A stretch of 60,340 nucleotides of DNA. Source: Chloroflexota bacterium (GTDB lineage: Bacteria; Chloroflexota; Anaerolineae; Epilineales; SHYO01). Where the stretch lies: contig SHYO01000002.1 of NCBI GenBank assembly GCA_009692745.1, positions 1 through 60,340 of the forward strand, written 5' to 3'. The notes beneath the pieces are model-generated. The model made no database searches and was not told where the DNA came from. It was given only the letters and a program-made list of their open reading frames with translations. Both the position numbers and the translations under genes were made by a program. Positions 42,447 to 53,489 of the stretch are shown here, one piece after another (position 1 is the stretch's first letter; each line of letters opens with the position of its first letter).

Positions 42447-45400
42447 ATGCAAACTAAACTAGGGGCATTTTGTGAGCGCTTCATCGAAGCTGGGTGGCTG
42501 GCAGCTTTGATCATTGTTCCACTTTTTTTTCATGTCTATTCCAGCCGGGTGTTCGAGCCCGATAAATTAACACTGTTGCGCTCCATTGCCTTCTTGGCAG
42601 TGTTAGGATGGATCATAAAGAGTATCGACACAAAGAATTGGAAAATGATACCTTCCGAGGCGGCGATGGATGGGCCGGGCTGGTGGCAGCGCTTACCGGC
42701 TTTTCTCCGGGTGCCCCTGGTTCTCCCTGCCCTGGTGTTGGTACTGATTTATATTATTTCAACGATTACCTCAGTCGTACCACGTGTCAGCCTTTGGGGC
42801 TCGTATCAGCGCCTGCAAGGAACCTATACCACCCTGGCTTATGTAGCCATATTTTTCCTGTTATTAGCCACTCTCAGGCGACGCGAGCAGTATGAGCGCT
42901 TAGTAACCACGATAATCGTGGTGAGCCTACCTGTCGCCCTCTATGGGATTATCCAGCACTATGGTAGGGATTGGCTGCCGTGGGCCGGAGATGTGACGGC
43001 CCGCGTAGCATCAACCATGGGAAACTCTATCTTCGTGGCTGCCTATTTGATTATGGCTGTGCCATTAACCCTATCTCGCCTGGTAGAAGCGATTGAACGT
43101 CTCTTATCTGCCGAACGGGAAACGTTGGCGCCATTTTTGCTGGCAATTAGCTATGTATTCGTGCTTGCTGTCCAGGTGATTTGTATCTTCTTCACCCAGA
43201 GCCGCGGTCCATGGCTAGGCTTGTTCGCCGGGTTGTTTTTCTTTGTTTTGCTCTTTGTTTTGTCTAGGGGTATGCGGAAAGCAACTGTTGCTACCATCGG
43301 TATAGCCATTGTAGGCATCGTATTCCTGGTGCTGATGAATATTCCGAATTCTCCCCTGGAGCGGCTGCGGGAGACGCCCTATATTGGTCGCTTAGGCACA
43401 ATTCTGGAGACTGAGGGGGGTACCGGAAAGGTGCGCGTTCTGATTTGGCAGGGCGCAGTGGAATTACTCCAATCCGACCCTGCGCGAGCCATTATCGGTT
43501 ACGGGCCTGAATCAATGTATGTGGCCTATAACCCTTTTTATCCTCGGGATCTGGCACATTATGAGGCGCGTAACGCTTCCCCGGATCGTTCCCATAATGA
43601 AACCTTCGACTCTCTGGTGATTACCGGAGCGCTAGGGTTTATCATCTACTTGACCCTTTTTACCAGCGTATTCACCTATGGATTACGTTGGGTGGGGCTT
43701 ATTCAAAGCCGGCGCCAGACCCTCATCTTTATTGCCCTATGGTTGTTAGGTGGTTTTGCCAGTGCCATTGGTTTCTGGGCGGTTGACGGGTCATGGCGCT
43801 TTTTCGGTGTGGCATTACCTATAGGCCTGGTTGTGGGTTTCTTCATATATCTTATGGGATATGCTCTATTCGCCTATAGACCCCAGAAACGAGATTTGTG
43901 GCAGCATACAGCCTTAGTTGCCCTGTTATCGGCCGTGCTGGCCCATTTCGTGGAAATCCACCTCGGTATATCCATCGCTTCTACCCGCACCTATTTCTGG
44001 GTATATATAGCCCTGATGGTTTTATTGGGCACCGGTCTGGTAAGCTCGGAGACTACTGTCGAGGAAACAGTCCCAGAAGTGGTAGAAGCAGCATCCCGTT
44101 CCCGGTCCAAACGCCGGCGTTCCGCCCCATCCGTTGCGGCAAGTTCTCTCCAAAGCCGCCGGTCGAATAGCTCTTGGGGCAATGTGCAGCCTGCCGTAGC
44201 AGGAGGGCTGGTTATCGCTGTTATTCTGATAACCATGGTATTTGATTTCATGGTAAAACCGGAAGCCCCCAGTTTGCAAGCGATCTGGCTCTTTAGTCTT
44301 ACCTGGTTAATCGGCGGCATCATTACTCTGGCGGAGTTGAAGCGAGGCGGGGGATTAAAGGCTAGCTGGGGCACTGGGATCGCAGTATATGCTGCAGTTA
44401 CGTTAACTATCTTGATCATGTATATGGCCATCCATACCTCATTACTGACTCCTGGTGGGGATATCAGTACAGTGTTAGTGGTTTTCTATTTTGTCATATT
44501 TGTTGTAATGTTAGTTCTGGCTTATGTGCTCGCGCGGGGCAGCCTGGTGGTCGCGCGTACCTGGCGCCCGGGGTTTGTATGGGCCTATCCGGTGTTAGCC
44601 ATCATCGTGGTGGTTATTGTCTGGTCAACCAACGTTAATTCGATTCGAGCCGACGTCTTCTATAAGCAAGGGAATGCTTACGACAATGCCGGCCAATGGG
44701 ACAATAGTATCCAATTATACGAGCGGGCTTTACAGTTGGCTCCCGACCAGGACTTTTATTACCTCTTCTTGGGCCGGGCGCTTCTGGAAAAAGCTAAGGC
44801 GGCCGCGACAATTCAGGAACGAGACGGCTGGCTTAAACGAGCTGAACAGGTACTCTTAGAAGCCCGAAATCTCAATCCCTTAAATACTGACCATACAGCA
44901 AATCTGGGACGACTTTACCGTACTTGGGCGGAGTTATTACGCGCGCCCAATGAAGTTACACAACGCAATGATATGTACCAGAAATCCCTTGCTGCTTATC
45001 AGGAAGCCACCAAGCTTAGTCCAAATAATGCGCAACTATGGAATGAGTGGGGATTGGTTTATCAATTGATGGGAAATACGGATGAAGCGTTGGCTAAATA
45101 TCAACGCTCGTTAGAGCTTGACACCTCTTTTTCACAGACCTATCTACTGCTAGGGGATGCTAATCGTATCAAGGGGGATGCTTACCGAACTAGTGGAGAC
45201 ACTGAAAAAGCAAATAGCAACAATAATCAGTCTATTGATGCTTACAAGCAAGCCTTAAAATTTGATGCCAATTCGGTTCAAGCCCATAGTGCCCTGGGAT
45301 TTGTTTATTCTCAGCAAGGGCGCTTAACTGATGCCATTCAGGAAAATTTGGCCGTCCTGAAAGTTGCGCCGAATGATCAATCTAGCCAGCGTAATCTAAC

Positions 45401-45728
45401 CCTGCTCTATGCTCAGAACAACGAACCGGGTAAAGCCGCTGCAGTGGCCGAGGCAGCCGTAAAGCTCAATCCCAATGATGCGGCTATGCATCTTCACCTG
45501 GCGGGTTTGTACGCACAGTTGAATCGCAGTAATGATGCTGTTACCCAAGTGCAGTCAGCCTTGAATTTGGCGCCCAAAGATCCAGGCGCATGGCACCAGG
45601 CTGCTACAGTCTATCAGCAGATTGGACGTAATAGCGACGCCTTGAAAGCGGCTCAAACAGCACTGCAGCTCTCTCCGAATGATCAGACTTTGCAGGCTCT
45701 AGTCTCAACGTTGAGTACTAAACAATAA
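42447..45728 (+). CDS. O-antigen ligase/polymerase-like (Wzy_C) polytopic membrane protein fused to C-terminal TPR repeats
   Basis: More than 12 TM segments, with the SRGPWLG and SHNETFD motifs typical of the O-antigen ligase family. The last ~400 aa are TPR-like repeats (YxxALxLxPN recurring). Confidence 0.75.
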   Translation: MQTKLGAFCERFIEAGWLAALIIVPLFFHVYSSRVFEPDKLTLLRSIAFLAVLGWIIKSIDTKNWKMIPSEAAMDGPGWWQRLPAFLRVPLVLPALVLVLIYIISTITSVVPRVSLWGSYQRLQGTYTTLAYVAIFFLLLATLRRREQYERLVTTIIVVSLPVALYGIIQHYGRDWLPWAGDVTARVASTMGNSIFVAAYLIMAVPLTLSRLVEAIERLLSAERETLAPFLLAISYVFVLAVQVICIFFTQSRGPWLGLFAGLFFFVLLFVLSRGMRKATVATIGIAIVGIVFLVLMNIPNSPLERLRETPYIGRLGTILETEGGTGKVRVLIWQGAVELLQSDPARAIIGYGPESMYVAYNPFYPRDLAHYEARNASPDRSHNETFDSLVITGALGFIIYLTLFTSVFTYGLRWVGLIQSRRQTLIFIALWLLGGFASAIGFWAVDGSWRFFGVALPIGLVVGFFIYLMGYALFAYRPQKRDLWQHTALVALLSAVLAHFVEIHLGISIASTRTYFWVYIALMVLLGTGLVSSETTVEETVPEVVEAASRSRSKRRRSAPSVAASSLQSRRSNSSWGNVQPAVAGGLVIAVILITMVFDFMVKPEAPSLQAIWLFSLTWLIGGIITLAELKRGGGLKASWGTGIAVYAAVTLTILIMYMAIHTSLLTPGGDISTVLVVFYFVIFVVMLVLAYVLARGSLVVARTWRPGFVWAYPVLAIIVVVIVWSTNVNSIRADVFYKQGNAYDNAGQWDNSIQLYERALQLAPDQDFYYLFLGRALLEKAKAAATIQERDGWLKRAEQVLLEARNLNPLNTDHTANLGRLYRTWAELLRAPNEVTQRNDMYQKSLAAYQEATKLSPNNAQLWNEWGLVYQLMGNTDEALAKYQRSLELDTSFSQTYLLLGDANRIKGDAYRTSGDTEKANSNNNQSIDAYKQALKFDANSVQAHSALGFVYSQQGRLTDAIQENLAVLKVAPNDQSSQRNLTLLYAQNNEPGKAAAVAEAAVKLNPNDAAMHLHLAGLYAQLNRSNDAVTQVQSALNLAPKDPGAWHQAATVYQQIGRNSDALKAAQTALQLSPNDQTLQALVSTLSTKQ

Positions 45729-46720
45729 TGACTAACTTCATGCTCATTTTCGTGGCGGCGTTGCTCTTTGCAGTTGGGGGCACGCCACTGGCCCGGAGGT
45801 TGGCCTTGCGCTTGGGTGTTATCGATTTGCCAAGCGAGCGCAAGGTCCACACTATCCCCACGCCACGGCTGGGCGGATTGGCCATCTACGCCGCCGCTAT
45901 GATGGCCTTAATCATTTTCGGAGATAGGGGATACTTATCTGAATTATTTGGTATCCTGGTGGGAGCTACCCTCGTCTCTTCTTTGGGGGCATGGGATGAC
46001 CGCAGCGGCTTGCGCCCCAGTTTAAAATTTGCCGGGCAAATGCTCGCCGCTCTGATTCTGATAGGTGCGGGTGTGGAGATTACGATCTTTCCACATCCTT
46101 TGCTGAACATTTTGACTACTATCTTCTGGGTGGTGGGCATCACCAATGCGCTCAATTTGATGGATAACATGGATGGCTTATCCGGCGGGGTAGCTGGTAT
46201 TGCCGCAGGTTGCTTCCTTTTGTTGGCCGTCAGTAGCGGCCAGGTATTGGTAGGCAGTCTCGCTGCGGCTGTCTTAGGCGCTTGTGTTGGGTTCCTATTC
46301 TATAATTTTAATCCGGCCTCTGTTTTCATGGGCGATAGTGGCACTTTGTTTTTAGGTTTTCTTTTGGCTGCTTTGGGGATTAAGCTGCGTTTCCCCGGAC
46401 AACCTGTGGCAGTCTCCTGGATGATTCCGGTACTCGCACTTTATCTGCTGATTTTCGATACCACTTTGGTGACACTTTCACGGTTACGGCGGGGTGTCCC
46501 GATCACCCAAGGGGGAAAGGATCATACTTCCCACCGCTTGGTGGCTTTGGGTATGACGAGACGGGAGGCAGTCCTTACCCTTTATGTAGCTGGTTGCATA
46601 CTCGGTGGCCTGGCTCTGTTTCTGGTGAATACCTCAGTATGGCAGGCCATTGGGGTCGGGATTGGTGTGGTAGGCATTACGTTGTATACAGTATGGCGTT
46701 TTGAGAAGGTGTCATTCTAA
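45728..46720 (+). CDS. polyprenyl-phosphate N-acetylhexosamine-1-phosphate transferase (MraY/WecA family, GT4)
   Basis: NALNLMDNMDGL and FMGDSGTLFLGF motifs. The start overlaps the upstream stop (TAATG). Confidence 0.85.
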   Translation: MTNFMLIFVAALLFAVGGTPLARRLALRLGVIDLPSERKVHTIPTPRLGGLAIYAAAMMALIIFGDRGYLSELFGILVGATLVSSLGAWDDRSGLRPSLKFAGQMLAALILIGAGVEITIFPHPLLNILTTIFWVVGITNALNLMDNMDGLSGGVAGIAAGCFLLLAVSSGQVLVGSLAAAVLGACVGFLFYNFNPASVFMGDSGTLFLGFLLAALGIKLRFPGQPVAVSWMIPVLALYLLIFDTTLVTLSRLRRGVPITQGGKDHTSHRLVALGMTRREAVLTLYVAGCILGGLALFLVNTSVWQAIGVGIGVVGITLYTVWRFEKVSF

Positions 46721-46783
46721 GTCTGGAATAACGCAGCTTCTTTTCTATTTTATATCGGTCTCTACGGGCCTGGAGGTATCCAT

Positions 46784-48124
46784 ATGGGTTTAGATGAAAA
46801 AATTCGAGACAAATCTGCTACGATAGCTGTCATTGGTCTGGGTTATGTGGGGTTGCCCTTGGCAGTCGAATTTGCCCGAGTAGGATACAAGGTAATTGGC
46901 TTAGATACTGATGCCTCTAAAGTCGCCAGACTGCGCGAAGGTTCAAGTTACATCCAAGATATAAGTTCGACGGATGTGGCTCAAATGGTGGGAACTGGAC
47001 GCCTGGAGGCTACTACCGAATATGATAGTCTGACACGAGCTAATGCCATTTTTATTTGTGTTCCTACGCCTTTTAATGCTATGAAAGCCCCCGACCTGAG
47101 CTTTATTTTGAGCGCGGCGCAAGGTATTGCCAGCCGGTTGCAACCAGACTCTCTGGTTGTGCTACAGAGTACCACTTACCCCGGTACTACTGACGAAGAT
47201 GTCCAACCGATTCTTGAGAAAACTGGTTTGAAGGCCGGTCATGATTTCCATTTAGCTTTTTCGCCAGAACGCATTAATCCCGGTGATAAAGTGTACTCTG
47301 TTCACAATACCCCAAAAGTCGTGGGAGGATTAACGCCGCGCTGCACGGAGTTGGCCGCATTGCTATTGGCGCAGCTTTTCCCCAGAGTACATATCGTTTC
47401 TACCCCCCGTGCTGCGGAAATGACAAAGTTACTGGAAAACATATTTCGGTCAGTAAATATAGCTTTGGTAAATGAATTGGCTCTATTATGCGAACGTATG
47501 GGAATAAATGTTTGGGAGGTGATTGAAGCTGCATCAACAAAACCATTTGGCTATATGCCATTTTATCCTGGCCCCGGCGTCGGCGGGCATTGTATCCCTG
47601 TTGATCCGTACTATCTTTCCTGGAAAGCCAGGGAATATGATTTTTACACGAAATTTATAGAATTGGCCGCAGAAGTGAACCAGGCCATGCCCTACCGTGT
47701 GGTGTCGCGCACTGTGGATGGCTTGAATCGCCTCCAAAGATCGGTTAAAGGTGCCCGGGTTTTAGTCTTAGGGATTGCTTTTAAGCCGGATGTAGATGAT
47801 GCTCGAAACACTCCGGCAGAGCGCATCATTGAGTTGCTGCTGGACCAACAAGCCCAGGTGAGTTATCATGATCCTTACGTTCCCAAATTCCGTGTGGGAT
47901 CAGATGTATTCCAGCGCCAGGTTTTGGTTCTAGAGTCTCAACCATTTACCCCAGAAACAATTGCGGCGGCAGATGCGGTGATTATTGTGTCAGGTCATCA
48001 TAGCTTGGATTATCAAATGCTAGCTGATCGGGCCAGTCTCATCATTGATACAGTGAATGCCATGCGCCATATCCAGCATCCGCGCGCCAGAGTTGAATTA
48101 CTGGGTGCTCCACGTAAAAATTAG
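46784..48124 (+). CDS. nucleotide-sugar 6-dehydrogenase (UDP-glucose/UDP-ManNAc dehydrogenase family)
   Basis: N-terminal [10 protein letters not shown] Rossmann motif, catalytic GGHCIPVDP, and C-terminal [13 protein letters not shown]. Confidence 0.9.
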   Translation: MGLDEKIRDKSATIAVIGLGYVGLPLAVEFARVGYKVIGLDTDASKVARLREGSSYIQDISSTDVAQMVGTGRLEATTEYDSLTRANAIFICVPTPFNAMKAPDLSFILSAAQGIASRLQPDSLVVLQSTTYPGTTDEDVQPILEKTGLKAGHDFHLAFSPERINPGDKVYSVHNTPKVVGGLTPRCTELAALLLAQLFPRVHIVSTPRAAEMTKLLENIFRSVNIALVNELALLCERMGINVWEVIEAASTKPFGYMPFYPGPGVGGHCIPVDPYYLSWKAREYDFYTKFIELAAEVNQAMPYRVVSRTVDGLNRLQRSVKGARVLVLGIAFKPDVDDARNTPAERIIELLLDQQAQVSYHDPYVPKFRVGSDVFQRQVLVLESQPFTPETIAAADAVIIVSGHHSLDYQMLADRASLIIDTVNAMRHIQHPRARVELLGAPRKN

Positions 48125-48147
48125 GCAGTCAGAAGGGAGAGAAGACT

Positions 48148-49005
48148 TTGAGCAAGAAGCGTGAAAAGATTACAGAACGGAATCTACCATATCGACGTGG
48201 TGTGGACGATGAGGCTTCAGACGACGGGACGCCCGGTTTACTGAGACCCCTACAAGGAAATCCGATGGCAGCGGCGGCGCTCATCTTCCTTGTTGTGTTA
48301 ATTGTATTGGGGGGAGGTTTCTTCCTGGGACGCGGCCGTAGTGTTAGTTCGGCCAGTACTGCTGCCAATCCAACGCCTCTTGGGACAAATCTGCTGGCAA
48401 CTGCCTTGGCACAACCCACTCAGGCCAAACCGGCCGGGCAAGCGACGCCAGCCACCACGCCTGCGGCTGCGGTGCTGACACCTGGGGCCGGCGCAAAGAA
48501 GTCTTATAGTGCCCTGCCAGAGATGAAAATTGATCCCAAAAAGCATTATTCTGCGACCATCAAGACTAGCAAAGGTGATATTGTCGCTGATCTCTTTGCT
48601 GATAAAACTCCTAAGACCGTGAATAACCTCGTTTTTCTCTCTCGCGAAGGCTTCTACGATGGTACGCCTTTCCATCGCGTGCTGGAAAACTTTATGGCGC
48701 AGGGTGGCGATCCCACCGGTACAGGTACAGGTGGACCGGGATATAAATTCGAGGATGAGTTCTCGCCCGACTTAAAATTTGACGGCCCTGGGTATTTGGC
48801 GATGGCTAACTCCGGACCGGGTACCAATGGCAGTCAGTTCTTCATCACCTTTGCTGCTACCGAATGGTTGAACGGCAAGCACACGATCTTCGGTAAAGTT
48901 ACGCAAGGCATGGATATTTTGGCCAAGCTGACCCGCGTAGATCCTACCAAGCCAGGCCAGCCACAACCTGATACTATCAAAACCATCACCATAGAGGAAA
49001 AATAA
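48148..49005 (+). CDS. membrane-anchored cyclophilin-type peptidyl-prolyl isomerase
   Basis: TTG start with AGAAGGGAGAG upstream. One TM, an Ala/Pro/Thr linker, then [15 protein letters not shown]...GSQFFIT. Confidence 0.85.
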   Translation: MSKKREKITERNLPYRRGVDDEASDDGTPGLLRPLQGNPMAAAALIFLVVLIVLGGGFFLGRGRSVSSASTAANPTPLGTNLLATALAQPTQAKPAGQATPATTPAAAVLTPGAGAKKSYSALPEMKIDPKKHYSATIKTSKGDIVADLFADKTPKTVNNLVFLSREGFYDGTPFHRVLENFMAQGGDPTGTGTGGPGYKFEDEFSPDLKFDGPGYLAMANSGPGTNGSQFFITFAATEWLNGKHTIFGKVTQGMDILAKLTRVDPTKPGQPQPDTIKTITIEEK

Positions 49006-49016
49006 CAGGAGTTATT

Positions 49017-49508
49017 ATGAGTAAAAGTAAGTATCCATTCCCACCAGAAATGACAATCGATTCTGATAAGCGGTATGTTGCTACAATAGAGACAGATAAG
49101 GGTGAAATAAAAATAGAACTCTTCCTCAAAGAGTCACCTATAACTGTCAATAATTTTGTCTTCTTAGCGCGCGAAGGTTTCTACGATGGGTTGTCATTTC
49201 ACCGGGTACTTTCCCATTTTATGATACAAGGGGGAGATCCGGAAGGAACAGGCCGGGGTGGACCGGGATACAAATTCAAAGATGAGACGGTAGGCAATCC
49301 GCATAATCATGGCACCGGCTCTTTAAGTATGGCCAATGCCGGGCCTAATACCAACGGCAGCCAGTTCTTCATTACCCATGAACCGCAGCCTCACCTGGAT
49401 GGCAAACACACTGTTTTCGGCCAGGTGACTGCTGGTCAGGATGTGGTCAACAAAATCCGCCAGGGCGATCAAATGCAGAAGATTATTATTGAAGAGAGCG
49501 CTCCATAG
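49017..49508 (+). CDS. cytoplasmic cyclophilin-type peptidyl-prolyl isomerase
   Basis: [31 protein letters not shown] and HTVFGQV. Confidence 0.9.
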   Translation: MSKSKYPFPPEMTIDSDKRYVATIETDKGEIKIELFLKESPITVNNFVFLAREGFYDGLSFHRVLSHFMIQGGDPEGTGRGGPGYKFKDETVGNPHNHGTGSLSMANAGPNTNGSQFFITHEPQPHLDGKHTVFGQVTAGQDVVNKIRQGDQMQKIIIEESAP

Positions 49509-49613
49509 GGTTACATCGAAGTTAATTTGCCATTCGATTGATACCATCAAAAGCCGCGGTCTTGTAGCACTCGGCCAGTGTAGGGTAATTGAAAACGGTA
49601 TTCATAAAATACT

Positions 49614-51569
49614 CTACCTGGCCTCTTTTTGAATTAATTCCACAATTTCGGGATTCACCAACGCGGTCAAGTCGCCGGCCGGCTCGCCCAGATAGGCAGA
49701 CCGTAATACGCGCCGCATTACTTTGGCATTGCGCGTCTTGGGCAGATCCGGCACAAATCGTATTTCTTTGGGTTTTAAAGGTTTCCCTAGCTGCGCGGCT
49801 ACCAAATCCTTCAGCGTATCGCCTAATTCAGAGCTGGCGCTGGCTGGATGCTTCAGAACGCAAAAACAAACCACGGCCTGCCCCTTCAGTTCATCGGGAA
49901 TCCCGATAACAGCCGCCTCGGAGACGGCGGGATGTGATACTAAGATGGATTCCACTTCGGCTGGACCCAGACGTTTGCCCGCTACTTTGATTGTATCGTC
50001 GGACCTGCCTAAAATATACCACAGACCGTCCTCATCAATGGCAGCCCAATCGCCATGCAACCAGACATTCTCAAACCGGCTCCAATAGGTATCCAGGTAG
50101 CGTTGGGTATCTTTCCAAAACCCGCGGGTCATGCCAATCCAGGGCTGGCGGATAACCAATTCGCCTACCTGTCCCCTGACAGAATTGCCATGATCATCCA
50201 CGACATCTACGGCCATACCTGGCATAGGTCCGGAGAAGGCGCACGGTTTAAGCGGAGAAAGCACGTTGCCTGAAATAATCCCGCCGGAAATCTCCGTTCC
50301 TCCAGAGTAGTTGATAATCGGGAGTCGTTTCTGGCACACCGTCTCGAAAAACCAGAGCCAGGGTGCCGGGTTCCAGGGTTCACCTGTGGAGCCGGTGATG
50401 CGTAGCGAGGAGATATCATGCTTGCGGACGGGGGCATCTCCATGGCGCATGAGGGTCCGGATCAGGGTAGGAGAAACACCTAAGACCGTGATCCCATGCC
50501 GTTCTACCAGTTCCCAGAGCCGGTCTACGTCCGGATAGTCTGGTGCACCATCGTACAATACCATGGTTGCACCGAGGAGCAGCGTACCTAATACCTGCCA
50601 GGGCCCCATCATCCAACCCATGTCCGTCATCCAATACAGGGTATCGGCAGGCTTCAAGTCGAATCCATGATACATATCTTGAGCCGCTTTGATAGGAAAA
50701 CCGCAATGGGTGTGTACAGCTCCTTTGGGTCGGCCCGTAGTGCCGCTGGTGTAGATGATCATGAGACGGTCCTCTGCCTCGGTATGCTCCGTTGGCGCCG
50801 TATATAATTGATTTTCTACCAACTCATCCCACCAGATATCTCTGCCTTCTTGCATAGAAATGCGCGTGCCCGTCCGGCGCGTGACAATCATATGTTTCAA
50901 TGTGGGGGCATTTAGCGCAGCTTCGTCTGCTACCGCTTTCATAGGCGCCACTGAACCACGCCGGAAAGATCCGTCAGATGTAAATAGCGCCTTGGCTTCG
51001 GCATCTGCCAGGCGGGTGGCGATAGCCTGTGCGCCATAGCCGGAGAAGAGAGGTAAAATAACGCCGCCTATCTTCGCAATGGCCAGCAGAGCAATGGCAA
51101 TTTCCGGGGTCATCGGCATAAAGAGACCGATGGCATCTCCTTTGCCTATGCCTAACGCTCTCAGGCCGTTAGCCACCCGGCTAACTTCCCGGTTAAGGTC
51201 GCCGTAACTTAATAAGCGCACCTGGCCCTCTTCTCCTTCCCAGCGCAAGGCTACCCGGTTCTGGGTAGGTGTGCCTTGCCATTTGTCCAGGCAGTTATGC
51301 ACGATATTCATCTTCCCATCAATACACCAACGGGGCCACTGGATGCCTTGAGAGATATCCAGCACTTGAGTGTAAGGCTCATAGAACTCTATGTCCAGAT
51401 CTTCCAGTACGGCATTCCAAAACCAAGACAGGTCGTGCGTAGAGCGGCGTATCAGGTCATCGAAGCCGCTAAGGTTATGGCGCTGCATAAAGCGAGATAA
51501 ATTGCTATTTTCGGTGTATGCTGGCGTAGGCCACCAGACGATTTCGCCACCGAATTCAAAGTTTTCCAT
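49614..51569 (-). CDS. AMP-forming acyl-CoA synthetase (acetyl-CoA synthetase-like)
   Basis: I prefer ATG 51569 ([13 protein letters not shown] upstream). AMP-binding motif [11 protein letters not shown], and the GDWA...D and [11 protein letters not shown]-terminal motifs. Confidence 0.85.
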   Translation of the reverse strand: MENFEFGGEIVWWPTPAYTENSNLSRFMQRHNLSGFDDLIRRSTHDLSWFWNAVLEDLDIEFYEPYTQVLDISQGIQWPRWCIDGKMNIVHNCLDKWQGTPTQNRVALRWEGEEGQVRLLSYGDLNREVSRVANGLRALGIGKGDAIGLFMPMTPEIAIALLAIAKIGGVILPLFSGYGAQAIATRLADAEAKALFTSDGSFRRGSVAPMKAVADEAALNAPTLKHMIVTRRTGTRISMQEGRDIWWDELVENQLYTAPTEHTEAEDRLMIIYTSGTTGRPKGAVHTHCGFPIKAAQDMYHGFDLKPADTLYWMTDMGWMMGPWQVLGTLLLGATMVLYDGAPDYPDVDRLWELVERHGITVLGVSPTLIRTLMRHGDAPVRKHDISSLRITGSTGEPWNPAPWLWFFETVCQKRLPIINYSGGTEISGGIISGNVLSPLKPCAFSGPMPGMAVDVVDDHGNSVRGQVGELVIRQPWIGMTRGFWKDTQRYLDTYWSRFENVWLHGDWAAIDEDGLWYILGRSDDTIKVAGKRLGPAEVESILVSHPAVSEAAVIGIPDELKGQAVVCFCVLKHPASASSELGDTLKDLVAAQLGKPLKPKEIRFVPDLPKTRNAKVMRRVLRSAYLGEPAGDLTALVNPEIVELIQKEAR

Positions 51570-51873
51570 AGAATAACCTCCTCTGAGATGATGAAGGAGA
51601 GGCTTAACAATCACTGTGGTGGTCACATTTGGGCCAAAGTGTACCTGGTGGAGCCCAAGGTGAGATTAAGGCGATTATACCACAGGGGAGTGTACATCAC
51701 AAGCAGAAATTCAGACTCCTTGACCTGGGGTGTTACTCATGGTTAACATTGAGCGGGAGTCACCATCTGGCGTAGGGGCGTGGTCACCACGCCCGTGTTG
51801 ATTACATAATGGTTAATGGACCAGGCAGGCCTGGGAATATTTTGCTCCGGACCTGCCTCTCTGTTTTGCTGGA

Positions 51874-52233
51874 TTATGGCAAATGGGTTGCCAAGGGGGC
51901 ATGGATCCCTATGATGGCTCGTTTGACCACCAGGGGCAAGAAGAGTTTATACTGGATGGGTTTCTGGGTAGCGGTGACTGTAGGGGTGCGGGTGGTGGTG
52001 GCGGTGCCGGTGGGTGTCAGGGTCGCAGTGACTGTGGTGGTTGCCGTGCGGGTTGCTGTACTGGTTAGCGTACTTGTCTGCAGTAACGGGATATTGGCCC
52101 ATTGATGCCAGGTTGAAGAATATGCTTCCTGGGCCATAAGGCGCGGTACCGTTTGCCCGCTAAGTCCCCAGCCACCGATAACCAAAAATGCAGCTAAACC
52201 CAAGCCGAGGTAAACGATGCGTTTCTGTGACAT
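51874..52233 (-). CDS. membrane-anchored low-complexity Thr/Ala-rich protein (119 aa)
   Basis: AGAGGAG RBS. N-terminal TM VYLGLGLAAFLVIGGWGL. TSTATRTATTTVTATLTPTGTATTTRTPTVTAT, then YKLFLPLVVK. The antisense Val/Ala-rich ORF 51809-52105 is its mirror image. Confidence 0.55.
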   Translation of the reverse strand: MSQKRIVYLGLGLAAFLVIGGWGLSGQTVPRLMAQEAYSSTWHQWANIPLLQTSTLTSTATRTATTTVTATLTPTGTATTTRTPTVTATQKPIQYKLFLPLVVKRAIIGIHAPLATHLP

Positions 52234-52415
52234 GCTAGCTCCTCTTTATTGCTCTATAATGTTTATTAGGACGGTCAAGCGGATACCTGGATACGTTTTT
52301 GCCTGGGGCTAAGATTGGTGTTACCATCCAACCCATCACAATAGGTTCCCATCCCCGTCTTGAGCGCCTCTGCCGGAATGCCCGAAGCCGGGATGGTTCA
52401 GAGTAGGAGCAGGCA

Positions 52416-52871
52416 ATGATTGAAACCACCCGCTACCCAGCGCGGCCCCGTGTGGCAGTTGGAGTCTTAGTTCGCCAGGAGCAACAGGTATTGTTGGTCC
52501 GGCGCGGCAAAGCCCCCGCCAAAGGAGTCTGGACACTACCAGGTGGAAGTGTAGAACTTGGTGAAAGCTTAAAACAAGCTGCTGCCCGCGAAATCCGCGA
52601 AGAGACGGGGCTTGAGGTAGGGATTGATGAAGTCATTTACGTATTCGAAACCATTCAGCGTGATGACCATGAGCGCATAGAGTACCATTACGTAATCATC
52701 GATTTCCTGGCACATGTCATCGGGGGCCAACTACAAGCCGCAGATGATTCTGAAGATGCAGTTTGGGCGAGCCTGGCCGATATGGATAACCTCACGGTAC
52801 ATCCGGTGACCTACCGTCTGGCATTTGAGATGCTGCAGGGACGGCGGGCTGCTTTCTCGCTAGACCTGTGA
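52416..52871 (+). CDS. NUDIX hydrolase
   Basis: Nudix box [24 protein letters not shown]. Confidence 0.9.
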   Translation: MIETTRYPARPRVAVGVLVRQEQQVLLVRRGKAPAKGVWTLPGGSVELGESLKQAAAREIREETGLEVGIDEVIYVFETIQRDDHERIEYHYVIIDFLAHVIGGQLQAADDSEDAVWASLADMDNLTVHPVTYRLAFEMLQGRRAAFSLDL

Positions 52872-52890
52872 TCAGGTGCCATAATGTTTG

Positions 52891-53430
52891 TTAGCGCGCT
52901 GTAGTGTCGCGCTTTTCCTTCAAGGTAGCGACCAATTCCCGGCAGAAGTCTGGGATATCATCCACCACACGTCCCCAGACCATATGCCCCTCGCAGAAGG
53001 CGGCAGCATCTACCCACTCGGCGCCGGCATTAATCATATCATCCCGAATACCTCGCGAACCGGTGACCTTCCGCCCTTTCAAGATGCCGGCAGAAGCGGG
53101 GACCCAACCGCCGTGGCAGATGACCGCTATGGTTTTTCTTTGACTATCCATACCGCGTACCAAATCCAAGACACCTTTATCGCGGCGCAGTTTATCTGGG
53201 CACCACCCCCCCGGGATCACAAGGGCGTCGAATTGATCTGCGTTAACCTGGCTGGCAGCCATCTCGGCTTTAGCCGTTAGCCCATGTTTGCCCTTGTATT
53301 CTCCTGGCTTGGTGCTAATGACGGTGATCTGAGCCCCTTCCTCTTCCAGGCGCATGCGCGGCACCCAAAATTCCAGATCTTCAAATTCCGTCTCGACCAG
53401 ATAAGCGACACGTAAACCTTTCAGATCCAT
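52891..53430 (-). CDS. DJ-1/PfpI-family protein (class I glutamine-amidotransferase-like; protease or glyoxalase III type)
   Basis: ALVIPGG and the nucleophile elbow AVICHGG. Confidence 0.85.
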   Translation of the reverse strand: MDLKGLRVAYLVETEFEDLEFWVPRMRLEEEGAQITVISTKPGEYKGKHGLTAKAEMAASQVNADQFDALVIPGGWCPDKLRRDKGVLDLVRGMDSQRKTIAVICHGGWVPASAGILKGRKVTGSRGIRDDMINAGAEWVDAAAFCEGHMVWGRVVDDIPDFCRELVATLKEKRDTTAR

Positions 53431-53489
53431 TAAAATCCCCTCTCAATTACAGTATTTGCCAATACGGTACTTGTCACTGCTGTAGTGAC

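Noticed and set aside
51776-51794. GGGCGTGG-TCA-CCACGCCC hairpin, considered as the terminator of the Thr-rich gene or a regulatory site for the acyl-CoA synthetase promoter.
   Set aside because: The loop is only 3 nt, there is no T-tract on either strand, and it lies about 80 nt from the upstream stop. It is plausible but not distinguishable from chance GC-rich palindromes without 3'-end data.
51809-52105. 98-aa Val/Ala-rich ORF (VAVTVGVRVVVAVPVGV...) on the plus strand.
   Set aside because: It is the reverse-complement shadow of the Thr/Ala-rich coding segment. The minus-strand ORF has a good AGAGGAG RBS and an N-terminal TM.
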